DNA of 18,149 nt from Oligoflexales bacterium (GCA_041736175.1 JBGSUI010000012.1:1-18149), one strand, 5' to 3'; counted from the stretch's first letter, positions 9,250 to 17,327 are shown. Numbers and translations are program-made. The notes: generated by a model from the letters alone, not told the origin.

Positions 9250-9807
9250 TTAGAAATGCCAACCAAGTCCGAGTTGGTAGTGCTGAGAATTAAGCTTGTG
9301 AGAAACATCACCACTTTCGTAGTCAGCCCAGTTATGGCGGTATATCCAATAGACTTCAAACTGCTCCATGGCAAATCCGAGACCTACATGAAATGATTTC
9401 GCCATAAAATTTCCAAGGTTTTGAGTTGCTCCTGGAGCTTGCGTAATAGCTCCCGAACCATTAATTCCAAGTCCAAACCCACCAGTGATTAGAAAACTAT
9501 CGCCATGAGTCAAATTGATATCCCCATACCGATGAGTGAGTTCAATCTGCGTTTCGTTGGAAGTTCCCCTAGTTGTCAGGCTCGTGACGGAAAAGCCCAC
9601 GCCTGAGGCAAAGACGTACGCAAGGCCGTAACCTTTAGTTTCAAGTTTAATTTTAGGATAGGTCGTGATTCGTCCGGTTTCGGTAATAGAGGTTTCTGTC
9701 AGTCGAATCCGTGGTGAATCAGCATAAGCCGTGAACGACATGGAGCACATCATCGCTAACAGGAAATTCGTCGGTTGACTGGAGAGGTGACAAATAATGT
9801 CGTTCAT
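9250..9807 (-). CDS. Small outer-membrane beta-barrel protein
   Basis: Signal-like segment ending AYA, about 8 amphipathic Gly/aromatic strands and a terminal YQLGLGWHF beta-signal. Start is uncertain. Confidence 0.7.
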   Translation of the reverse strand: MNDIICHLSSQPTNFLLAMMCSMSFTAYADSPRIRLTETSITETGRITTYPKIKLETKGYGLAYVFASGVGFSVTSLTTRGTSNETQIELTHRYGDINLTHGDSFLITGGFGLGINGSGAITQAPGATQNLGNFMAKSFHVGLGFAMEQFEVYWIYRHNWADYESGDVSHKLNSQHYQLGLGWHF

Positions 9808-10021
9808 GCTGAATGTTCCACAAAAAAAAGAAGTAGCTCACTAGAAATCACTGATGACCATCATATTATCTCTGTTCACCCGAAAATGGGGTAATTTTTA
9901 AAGAATTATATTCTCTATGGTCTGGCCACCAAGGCAATTTTCTCCTAATCGATACCTTGCGGCCCAAAGAACCGAGCTATATACTTATCCGACTAACCAA
10001 TTATCTCTCGGTGGAGAAGGC

Positions 10022-10438
10022 ATGAGCATTGCGACCGAAAATCTTGCCAAGGCGATACAAAAAGCTATGAGCACCCGACCCAAAGTGCCCGGTTTTCCGC
10101 ATCTTGCAGAGACCTTGCGTTTGGCCGGCGTGACGCGCAACATTTGGACATTGCCCTCCTGCCAAAGCCTCTACCTCACCAAGTTTGGATCAGTCGTTAT
10201 TCAAGGCACCCCACTGGTTATAGGCCAAGCGGACGTCGCGAACTTCAACCTAGACGCACTGGTTCGAGCGATCCGCGTCGATCAAGCGGGGGAGTGCTCC
10301 TTCCCTGAGTTTTTGTCGGCTTCTTGGCAAGCTGGAGTAGTCCGTTACGACGTGGATTTTGAAGGACGAAAAGTCTCTTATTATGGCGCACTGGAAGAGT
10401 CCTATGTGGAAGCCTACCAAGCTGTAGCACTAAGTTAG
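10022..10438 (+). CDS. DUF1398-family protein
   Basis: Internally duplicated pattern FPHLAETLRLAGV / FPEFLSASWQAGVVRYDVDF and DQAGE. GGAGAAGG RBS precedes ATG 10022; the ORF-track start at 9917 is probably an over-extension. Confidence 0.85.
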   Translation: MSIATENLAKAIQKAMSTRPKVPGFPHLAETLRLAGVTRNIWTLPSCQSLYLTKFGSVVIQGTPLVIGQADVANFNLDALVRAIRVDQAGECSFPEFLSASWQAGVVRYDVDFEGRKVSYYGALEESYVEAYQAVALS

Positions 10439-10564
10439 ATCTGCTATGATGGTACGCACGTAGGATTCATCGCCAAGAATATATGCTTACGACTAACCTG
10501 TAAAAAATGGTTTTCTAAATGTTAAGGATCGAAGTCATCTATTTCGTTTTCAGATATAGAATAA

Positions 10565-10635
10565 CAGTTAATTAAATTCGATTTGCTAATCCTTGCACGA
10601 ATCGACATCAACCCCCATATTGGGGTATCGATAGT
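10565..10635. repeat. 71-bp copy of 13013-13083 (3' end and stop of the DUF5829-like gene)
   Basis: Manual alignment gives 68/71 identity at a constant offset of 2448 bp. Confidence 0.9.
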
Positions 10636-10876
10636 ATCCTAGGCCAGTTTGCTTTGAGGTGTTCTCTAAGTTCGCTGACTTCGATATCATCGATGCCTTG
10701 ACGATGAGGCTGGTAGGCTTGCTAATTCTGCTAATGGGCGCAAGCATCAATCACATTCCCGCGCTAATTATAAAATGACGGCAAACTAGATTTGTGCTAT
10801 GACCGCCTCCTGTCGACATGAATAGTCAACGGAAAAATCGCTTAGTGATATACAAAGGAACGTTGTAGGCCGAACT

Positions 10877-11428
10877 ATGGGAATTTTGAAGGGTAAAGTA
10901 ATCAATCATTCGGATATCGATCTTTGGGTGATCGAAACCACAACAAATCATCCCCATGGACCTCCTATAGCACACAAATTATCGGGCAAACGAAAATCGC
11001 TTAAAAACATCGATGTGGACGGGTTCAGGCGAATTGATGGCAAGTCTATAGATGGACATAAAGAATGGTGGAAAATTCTTGATGTCAATGATGCAGATAT
11101 TTACCCCAGCGGAACTGACCTCAAGGTCTGTGTTGCTTATAAGAGGCAGGTACCAGACCGCCATTTTGGAGCCTATGTTACTGACAATAACAATGGTTGG
11201 GGTGAACCACTAAAAATTGTTACCGCCATCTATAAATCAAAATCGCGGGACGTGATTGGATACGAAGTCGAGGGGATCGGACGCATCGATAAACGAGCAG
11301 CATTGTCGATGGCAAAAGCAGGAGAACTCGATAACATTGTTCTGGTCAAGCGCGGAACAACAAAGTATCTGCGTTCAAAACCGGACCAGATAAGTGGAAA
11401 CAATCTTCGTCAGGTTATTATTGCATGA
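10877..11428 (+). CDS. Two-domain protein: unknown N-terminal domain plus C-terminal DUF3892-like domain
   Basis: The C-terminal YLRSKPDQISGNNL matches the DUF3892 YLRSxPDxxxxNNL pattern. The N-terminal ~110 aa are unrecognised. ATGA overlap with the next gene. Confidence 0.65.
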   Translation: MGILKGKVINHSDIDLWVIETTTNHPHGPPIAHKLSGKRKSLKNIDVDGFRRIDGKSIDGHKEWWKILDVNDADIYPSGTDLKVCVAYKRQVPDRHFGAYVTDNNNGWGEPLKIVTAIYKSKSRDVIGYEVEGIGRIDKRAALSMAKAGELDNIVLVKRGTTKYLRSKPDQISGNNLRQVIIA

Positions 11429-11859
11429 ATTGGCTTCGACTCGCATGGAAAGTTGTTTATTATCCGGTCCGGTGTACGGAATTCATATTCGCTATCTTTG
11501 TTTTGTACCTATTTATCGGAGCTCTTATTTCCCTTTCCTTTTTTAGATACGATGCACACGATGCGTTTTTGCATTCTTTCTTTTGGCCGCTTGCAAAGAC
11601 ACAGTGGGCACAGGGTTTTAGCGAGAGTAAACTGGATGAAGTAAAGGAAGGGATGACTGCCTCAGAAGTAAAAGCTCTGCTGGGAGATCCTTTAACAAAG
11701 AATGTAGATTCGGCGAGTGGTGACACTTATTGGATTTACAGTTGGCGCCAAGGTATTCCTTGCTGTAACCAATATGACGGCAATTTTCACAGGCGCGAGA
11801 TTCGCTTTTCTTCGAATGACATCGTCAAAAGTGTTCGGCGTGAATTTGATGCAGACTAA
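11425..11859 (+). CDS. Membrane-anchored BamE/SmpA-like domain protein
   Basis: N-terminal TM helix, then LDEVKEGMTASEVKALLGDP...YWIYS...IRF..DIV, the SmpA/OmlA pattern. No lipobox, so it is unlikely to be true bamE. Confidence 0.7.
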   Translation: MNWLRLAWKVVYYPVRCTEFIFAIFVLYLFIGALISLSFFRYDAHDAFLHSFFWPLAKTQWAQGFSESKLDEVKEGMTASEVKALLGDPLTKNVDSASGDTYWIYSWRQGIPCCNQYDGNFHRREIRFSSNDIVKSVRREFDAD

Positions 11860-11934
11860 TTTTAATATGAGGATGCCCGATTTTGTCTGCTCAGGAGGTC
11901 ATTCAGAGGATTTTCGCGTCGGCGAGTGAACCTT

Positions 11935-12258
11935 TTAGGCAGCGTCAACAATCTTAAGTTTTAAGCCTGCCTTTTTAATTTGCTCTTCAATGATAAGTTT
12001 TGCGAAGCTTTCAGGGTAATAGCCAAGCATTTTTGCATATTCAGCGGCTTTATCTGGGCTTGGCAGCCTTCTGCCTTTTTCAATATCACAAATTTTTTGC
12101 CGAGAAATTCCTAGTAAGCGGCCAAAATCTTCTTGGGTCATCTCCTCGCCTTCTCTGATTGAACTGAAAAGTTGGGCGAAAGTAAGCGGGCCGTTATTTA
12201 GCTTTTCTAGAAAAACCATGGATTTGGATTTATTTTTTTTCTTAGGCTTAGTAGTCAT
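11935..12258 (-). CDS. higA: XRE-family HTH antitoxin (HigA-like)
   Basis: HTH IREGEEMTQEDFGRLLGISRQKICDIEKGRR. ATG 12258 overlaps the toxin stop. Confidence 0.8.
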   Translation of the reverse strand: MTTKPKKKNKSKSMVFLEKLNNGPLTFAQLFSSIREGEEMTQEDFGRLLGISRQKICDIEKGRRLPSPDKAAEYAKMLGYYPESFAKLIIEEQIKKAGLKLKIVDAA

Positions 12259-12508
12259 GGTTATGAACCTCGATGACAATAATATTGTCTATAATTTCGT
12301 AGACAGCTCTCCAAGATTTTGACAGTCTGATTGATCTTTGGCCTTTTCTGTTTCCCTTTAATGGCTCGTCATGAAACCCTGGTATCTTGCGAACTTCCTC
12401 AATGCCGTAATCGTCAACCTGATTTATCCAATACATAAGCTTATTTCGGATGTTTGCCGGGGTCTTTTGTAGCTGCTTCTCAGCATTTTTCGACAGAATC
12501 ACCTCCAT
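12248..12508 (-). CDS. higB: RelE/HigB-superfamily mRNA interferase toxin
   Basis: 86 aa. PGFHDEPLKGNRKGQRSIRLSKSWRAVY and EVHNHDY fit the family. Toxin-before-antitoxin order, with GAGGG before ATG 12508. Confidence 0.85.
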   Translation of the reverse strand: MEVILSKNAEKQLQKTPANIRNKLMYWINQVDDYGIEEVRKIPGFHDEPLKGNRKGQRSIRLSKSWRAVYEIIDNIIVIEVHNHDY

Positions 12509-12531
12509 TTCCCTCAGCCCTCCTTGCAACA

Positions 12532-12587
12532 AATATACCCACTTTAAGGGTACAATGCAAACAAAAAGTACCCCTTATTTGGGTACT
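12532..12587 (-). promoter_or_regulatory. higBA sigma70-type promoter with two palindromic operators
   Basis: The minus strand has TTGCAT-N17-TATATT (12560-12532). Two TACCC-N7-GGGTA inverted repeats lie at 12536-12552 and 12569-12585. Confidence 0.75.
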
Positions 12588-12738
12588 CGAACATAGAATT
12601 AAGATGAGGCAGGGTCCAGCTCAGTAATGCCGGGTTCATCGCGCGCAATTCAAAAGTGAGCCAGGGAACAAAGTGTCCCCCTTTTCGTTCCCAAACTTGA
12701 CTTCACGTCTATAAAATATTGAAATTATAGAAAAAAAT

Positions 12739-12860
12739 TGGTGGAGGCGGCGTCCATTGAAGAGGGTGGATAATTGTCTGAAATTAAGGATTAATTTTTC
12801 AGAAAGGCGAATTGTTACCCCCACGGTTACCCCCAAATTTTTTTGTTGCTGGGGTTCGGT
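12739..12860 (-). mobile_element. att-like site copy 2: displaced tmRNA-type 3' end plus arm region
   Basis: Minus strand 12752-12739 reads CGCCGCCTCCACCA, preceded by TTCAATGGA (T-loop-like). GGGGGTAAC direct repeats at 12-bp spacing lie upstream. Confidence 0.7.
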
Positions 12861-12889
12861 TGAGTTCTTTAATAATGGCGCGGTTCTCT

Positions 12890-13016
12890 CTACTTTCTGC
12901 CATTAATCCTATCTTCCAATGTAGATATTTAAGATAAGATTTCTTCGAACTCTGGAGGCGTACAGCAGGACATATCTATATCCATCTTTTGGTAGTCATC
13001 AGCAAGGAGATCCAGT
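12890..13016 (-). pseudogene. 3' relic of the abiEii gene (last ~42 codons)
   Basis: Aligns with 15676-15799. Contains an in-frame TAA where the intact gene has GAG, and a 3-bp insertion. Confidence 0.88.
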
Positions 13017-13033
13017 TACTCAAATTCGATTTG

Positions 13034-13822
13034 CTAATCCTTGCACGAATCGACATCAACCCCCATATTGGGGCATCGATAGTTCAATCTGACTTGCCCA
13101 TCTAAGCAATCAATTTCCCAAGAACCGTGGCGACAGGACTTCCAAGTCGCTTCCCGGGTCGGCAAAAACGTCAGGGATCGGAAGTGAAAACCTTTCAGAT
13201 CATCTTTAAAAGTTATCCTGACCCGGACATCGCCACCGTCACGGTCTGGTAGCACTTGTACCATTTCATCGCAGGATTCTCCTAGGTTGGTGCCAGGCAG
13301 CCATGCCCCTTTGAGCTCGATTTCAGTCCGCTGACCAATTCCGGCATCTACGTGCAGCTCAACAAGACCATCAATTGCTCTCGGTTGACGACGCCTGCTA
13401 GGAACCCAATGGTTTTGATGGTAGTGCATGATCCAGGCGTTGAATAGGGTTGTTTCATGGCTTAGGTAGTCCCCGAGTGACAAAAAGTCGAACCATGGTT
13501 TGCCATCCTCTAACGTTCTGGTTCCAGTCTTCCAGAGTAGCTCGGGAAGTTCTTCGCGGAGTTTACGAGCGTCCATGGCATGGGAGACATATGAAGATAT
13601 GGCGATGCCGAGTGACCCTTGACGGTGCGTTCCCCTCAAAAACTCAAAATATCCACCTGCCCGCGTATAGGCGTATAGCCCCTCCCAACCGTTATCACCG
13701 GCCTGAACTTTTTCACGGTTGATTCCTGGCTGACTCGCAAAAATCAACGCCAGCGTGTTGAAATCCTTTTCCGGAATCGAAACGTATAGGTGATCAAGAG
13801 CCAATCCATCGCGAATGGTCAT
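13034..13822 (-). CDS. DUF5829-like (glyoxalase/VOC-like) protein
   Basis: LDHLYVSI...WEGLYAYTRAGGYFEFL...LGIAIS...KPWFD resembles the DUF5829/glyoxalase-like pattern. AAGGAG RBS upstream. Confidence 0.6.
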   Translation of the reverse strand: MTIRDGLALDHLYVSIPEKDFNTLALIFASQPGINREKVQAGDNGWEGLYAYTRAGGYFEFLRGTHRQGSLGIAISSYVSHAMDARKLREELPELLWKTGTRTLEDGKPWFDFLSLGDYLSHETTLFNAWIMHYHQNHWVPSRRRQPRAIDGLVELHVDAGIGQRTEIELKGAWLPGTNLGESCDEMVQVLPDRDGGDVRVRITFKDDLKGFHFRSLTFLPTREATWKSCRHGSWEIDCLDGQVRLNYRCPNMGVDVDSCKD

Positions 13823-14281
13823 AATGGTCTCCTTCGGTTTGAGTATTGGTCAGATTTTGAATCACGGATTACTACTGATAAGAGGTTCTCAGAAATGGCA
13901 GTAAAGTATCGACCGTGCCGGAGGGCTAAAACATTAGGAAACAAATTTGGTGTAGAAGCTTTCATTTTGGATCTTCTTTCTTCGCAGCAGATATTTGAGT
14001 TCAAACACACGCTTCTCAGCACATTTGATCGTCCTTTGTGCGATCTTCTTATTCTTAACCTCCATTGATTGGACCCCTCGGGCCCTGGGTACACCTACCC
14101 TTGTATCGGTAAAACTCCCAACTCTGAGGTTTGCTCTTCCTTTATTTTAGAGGCGAAAATGTACTTATACAAAAAGTGATTGAAAATCCTTCACTGAACT
14201 CATGGCTTTAACTATTCGGGATCATTGCCTTCTAAGGCATTCATTTTGTGTTCAATACGGCACTAAAATGGGGACGCTAAA

Positions 14282-14330
14282 GTTGTCATTGACAATTGCC
14301 GACAAGCTGGGTACGGTTGTCATTGACAAC
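14282..14330 (+). promoter_or_regulatory. Promoter with two GTTGTCA-T-TGACAAY palindromic operators
   Basis: Palindromes at 14282-14296 and 14316-14330. TTGACA (14289-14294)-N17-TACGGT (14312-14317). Confidence 0.75.
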
Positions 14331-14331
14331 C

Positions 14332-14664
14332 ATGATGGGGTTTTTTGTGGAATTAAAGTTAGCTCGATCGATTTTCTCCAGGTGCCAGCAAGGAGGCAGC
14401 CAGGCCTTCATAGTCAAACGGCACTGCTATGCCGACCATCCAGAACGAAAGTTTAGCAGTTTGGAGATCCTATCGCTTTTACTAGGAACAGGAGTCTTGA
14501 TTGACAATAAGTTTCCATCAGCAAAAAAAGGCTCATTTATTTGGAAATGCAAAGATAAAGACGACCATTTTGTCGAAATAGTGGTCTTATTTGATAGAGT
14601 TGAATCCAACATAAACCAACTTAAAGCTATAGTGATTGCAATTAGCGCATTTAGAAAGGGATAG
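14332..14664 (+). CDS. Small putative toxin (DUF4258/BrnT-RelE-like fold suspected)
   Basis: About 110 aa with RHC..DHPERKF..EI and C-terminal IVIAISAFR. Lies 3 bp upstream of an HTH gene and downstream of tandem operators. Start is uncertain (ATG 14332/14335 or GTG 14347). Confidence 0.5.
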   Translation: MMGFFVELKLARSIFSRCQQGGSQAFIVKRHCYADHPERKFSSLEILSLLLGTGVLIDNKFPSAKKGSFIWKCKDKDDHFVEIVVLFDRVESNINQLKAIVIAISAFRKG

Positions 14665-14667
14665 AAA

Positions 14668-15171
14668 ATGAAAACCAAAATTTTGAAAGAATTCAATTTT
14701 ACCAGCGATTTAGGTCAAATTTTCTTAAAAGATGTTACGATTTATTTAGACGAAGAAGATTACTCGAAATTGCAGCTAGGCACACCAATAGAGCAGTTAG
14801 ATTTTGGTCTAAGTGGAGATTTAATTTTTGAAGCTTCCAGAGGGATCGCAAAAAATTTTTTTAAAGAGAAATATCGAGATTTTATTGATGGAAAATACAA
14901 ATTGAAGACTAAAGAACTAAAAGCAATACAAGAAATTTTGAATCTTAGTAATTCTGAATTTTCGAAAATCCTTTTTATTGACAAAGGTACACTCACGAAT
15001 ATCTATAAGAGGGAATCCTGTTCTAAACAGGTAGCTGGGATCGCTTTAGAAAGGCTAGCCATGGAACTTACACGTAGAGGCTCAGCCAAAAGGCTTCTAA
15101 GGATCGAAACTGAATTAGGGGCTAGCGATCAAACTGTTCTCGAAGAATTTAATGCTATAAGATATGGTTAA
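14668..15171 (+). CDS. XRE-HTH protein, MqsA-like putative antitoxin
   Basis: HTH ELKAIQEILNLSNSEFSKILFIDKGTLTNIYK. The N-terminal beta segment (GQIFLKDVTIYLDEE) resembles the MqsA/YgiT region but has no Zn cysteines. Confidence 0.6.
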   Translation: MKTKILKEFNFTSDLGQIFLKDVTIYLDEEDYSKLQLGTPIEQLDFGLSGDLIFEASRGIAKNFFKEKYRDFIDGKYKLKTKELKAIQEILNLSNSEFSKILFIDKGTLTNIYKRESCSKQVAGIALERLAMELTRRGSAKRLLRIETELGASDQTVLEEFNAIRYG

Positions 15172-15200
15172 CCATGAAGATGCTCGATTGGCGTGAAATT

Positions 15201-15367
15201 GACCCACCCCGTTGGACACACCGCACCTGACGTTGGTTGAAAGCAAAATCGATTGAAGGCTAGCTTTTAGACAATGAAGAACTCTAATAATTCCAGATCC
15301 AGGAATGCAGTGGATTACGGCTATTTCGGGTTCATCAACGTTTAGTGCGGAGTGTCCAATCAGGGTC
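15201..15367. mobile_element. Miniature inverted-repeat element, IS3-family-like ends, no transposase
   Basis: Left GACCC...TTGGACACACCGCACCTGACGTTG and right (reverse complement) GACCC...TTGGACACTCCGCACTAAACGTTG share 20/24 in the core. Confidence 0.6.
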
Positions 15368-15527
15368 TTCTTTTGTGAAATCTTGCAAATGATTCACTTA
15401 TAAGCGTGTGTTAGCGGCCTTAAGCGCTTAAGTCTATCAACCGATGGATGTGGACTAAGGTGTTCCGTTTTTTGCGAATTAACTCGATCTAATTTGTTAT
15501 AACATAATGTAAATTTTGTTAAATTTT

Positions 15528-15644
15528 TGGTGGAGGCGTCCATTGAAGTGATGGGGTAATTATCTGAAATTAAGGGAAAAATTTTCGGGGGAGGAAATTG
15601 TTACCCCCACGGTTACCCCCAAAATTTTTTGTTGCTGGGGTTCG
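15528..15644 (-). mobile_element. att-like site copy 3: tmRNA-type 3' end with 3-bp deletion plus arm region
   Basis: The plus strand reads TGGTGGAGGCG-TCCATTGAAG versus TGGTGGAGGCGGCG-TCCATTGAAG in copy 2. The same GTTACCCCC repeats follow. Confidence 0.7.
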
Positions 15645-15675
15645 ATGGAGGTCTTTAATAATGGCGCGGTACTCT

Positions 15676-16698
15676 CTACTTTCTGCCGTTAATCCTATCT
15701 TCCAATGCGGCTAACTCAGATAGGATTTCTTTGAACTCTGGAGGCGTATGAAAGAACATACTTTCCATCTTTTGGTAGTCATCAGCAAGGAGGTCTAGTG
15801 ACCCTTGGTCTATTGGTTGTAACTTCAGCGTTCCAATTCTTGCAGATTCATATTGTGCCCATCCTTGACGAAAAAAAGCCGATTTGTGAGTTGCTACAGC
15901 TTCCAGAAGATCGGAATTATCTATGGCAGTTCGGCAGTAATGTGATTTTGCGAGCTGATAAAGATCATAGTAATGTCGGGACTGGTTCGGCCGGATTTTT
16001 TGAGATCCGCCATGATGATACGCATGTAGTATTGTAGCTTTTTCCCAGAACGTCCGCTCAACTTTTAAAACCTCTATTTCAGTTAATTTGTCTTCAAAAG
16101 CATTAGGGATGATTTCTGTAAGGTATGTTTCGACCCACACTTTTTGTGTAGGCCAAGTTTCGTTTTTGGCTCCGAATTCAATTTTCACATCAGGCTTAAA
16201 ATAGGCGTTTTTCCACAAGGAATTATCTGTTGGAAATGAAAACAGTATTGTTTGTGATTCATTTGGATCAATTCCGATATTCCAATTTCCTTTATCGCTG
16301 AGGATTTTAGAACAACTCTCTTGTAGAGAGGGGAGGATAGCGGTGTTTATTGCGTTAACACTGGCAGCAGTTAATTCTTCCAGTAGTTCTTTCATTTTAG
16401 AAAATGATGAAGCTCGTTTGGGATCGCTTTCACCACCAAAACCCAATGCCGCACGATCGATAGAAACATCAATATCTTCGGAGAAGCGATTAATGACTCT
16501 GTAAATTTTTGATAAAGAGGTTCCTCCTTTAAAGGTAAACCAATCATTGAATTTTTTATCATGGAAAAGAAGTCGTAACATGAATGTTACCCAAAAATCC
16601 TTCTCTATCACAAGAGGACTGTTTATTTTACCGATGGCGGCAGCTTGTCTAAAATATTGGCTTCTTTCATCATTGGGCAGAGCTGCAAAATTGTTCAT
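15676..16698 (-). CDS. abiEii: AbiEii/AbiGii-type nucleotidyltransferase toxin (type IV TA)
   Basis: Motifs IEKDFWV, FKGGTSLSK, INRFSEDID, KIEFG, ERTFWEK and SRHYYDLY. Confidence 0.93.
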   Translation of the reverse strand: MNNFAALPNDERSQYFRQAAAIGKINSPLVIEKDFWVTFMLRLLFHDKKFNDWFTFKGGTSLSKIYRVINRFSEDIDVSIDRAALGFGGESDPKRASSFSKMKELLEELTAASVNAINTAILPSLQESCSKILSDKGNWNIGIDPNESQTILFSFPTDNSLWKNAYFKPDVKIEFGAKNETWPTQKVWVETYLTEIIPNAFEDKLTEIEVLKVERTFWEKATILHAYHHGGSQKIRPNQSRHYYDLYQLAKSHYCRTAIDNSDLLEAVATHKSAFFRQGWAQYESARIGTLKLQPIDQGSLDLLADDYQKMESMFFHTPPEFKEILSELAALEDRINGRK

Positions 16699-17327
16699 TA
16701 CAGTTTCTTTGTAAATAATTCACGTAATATATCAGCGATCCAAGCTGGTGATGCGTAGCTAATATCCTTCTTTATCTGTTTTAGATGTTCCGGAGTAAGA
16801 TTCTTTTTCAAGGTAGTGAATAGGTTTCTATCAAACTGCTCTTTTCCTATATGTTTTAACGCCTGAATTATGATGCCAGATATATGGCCTGCTGTTGCCA
16901 TGTTTTTAGGCGTTGTCTGCCTCAACTCTATGGTCATATTTGCAATTTTGATTATTCGCCGAATGCTGCTGTTAAGGAATACAATTTTGCCAGGCACCTG
17001 CTGAGATAGGCCGACTAGATTTACAGCGTATGCTCCAGTTGGTAACAATTTGGATTTATGCTGGCGTACGGCTGCTCTAGCAATATCCTCTGCTGGTGGA
17101 TATATTGAACCTAATTTAGGATGGATAATTGGATAATCGTAAATCCCATGGGCGAGGCGTCTAATAATATTTTCTTTTGCAAGCCTCGATAGTGCCATAA
17201 GGATACTTTTAGTACCAGCTAAGTCAGAGAAGTCCTGTGGGGTGAAGACCCACCCCCTCTTGTTGCCATATACCCTATTTTTTATTTTAATTACAGATGA
17301 ATACATTAAAATTACCATCTCACTCAT
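16698..17327 (-). CDS. abiEi: DUF6088/AbiEi-type antitoxin and transcriptional regulator
   Basis: VFTPQDFSDL, LSRL..IRRLAHGIYDYP, GAYAVNLVGLSQQVP and IQAL. 1-bp overlap with abiEii. The start may be ATG 17306. Confidence 0.88.
   Translation of the reverse strand: MSEMVILMYSSVIKIKNRVYGNKRGWVFTPQDFSDLAGTKSILMALSRLAKENIIRRLAHGIYDYPIIHPKLGSIYPPAEDIARAAVRQHKSKLLPTGAYAVNLVGLSQQVPGKIVFLNSSIRRIIKIANMTIELRQTTPKNMATAGHISGIIIQALKHIGKEQFDRNLFTTLKKNLTPEHLKQIKKDISYASPAWIADILRELFTKKL

Noticed and set aside
9091..9396. 101-aa ORF starting within repeat copy 1, and the 66-aa ORF at 12636-12836 in copy 2
   Set aside because: They are chance frames across the non-coding repeat and are not conserved between copies.
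9886..9896. ATGGGGTAATT match to 15551-15561 as a fourth repeat copy
   Set aside because: Only 11 bp match with no flanking similarity, which is compatible with chance.
10565..10635. The 71-bp duplicate as an integron attC site
   Set aside because: The RYYYAAC/GTTRRRY boxes are poor, there is no long complementary stem and no IntI gene is visible.
10634..10643. CCTAGGATAC shared with the junction at 138-147
   Set aside because: A 10-bp match is expected by chance in 18 kb, and no other shared structure is present.
11425..11859. Calling the gene bamE
   Set aside because: It has no lipobox, lacks the usual N-terminal QG(N) motif and sits in island context; only the domain pattern matches.
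12739..12860. A complete tRNA or tmRNA gene
   Set aside because: Only about 14 nt of the 3' acceptor end are present. The upstream sequence is AT-rich arm sequence with no cloverleaf or tag reading frame.
13450..14696. ORFs 13450-13722, 13790-14068, 13819-14094, 14202-14456 and 14427-14696
   Set aside because: They overlap better-supported genes or the operator region and have no recognisable protein features.
9048..15644. The three-copy repeat as a CRISPR array
   Set aside because: The copies are ~90 bp long and 2.8-3.7 kb apart with genes between them, and there are no cas genes.
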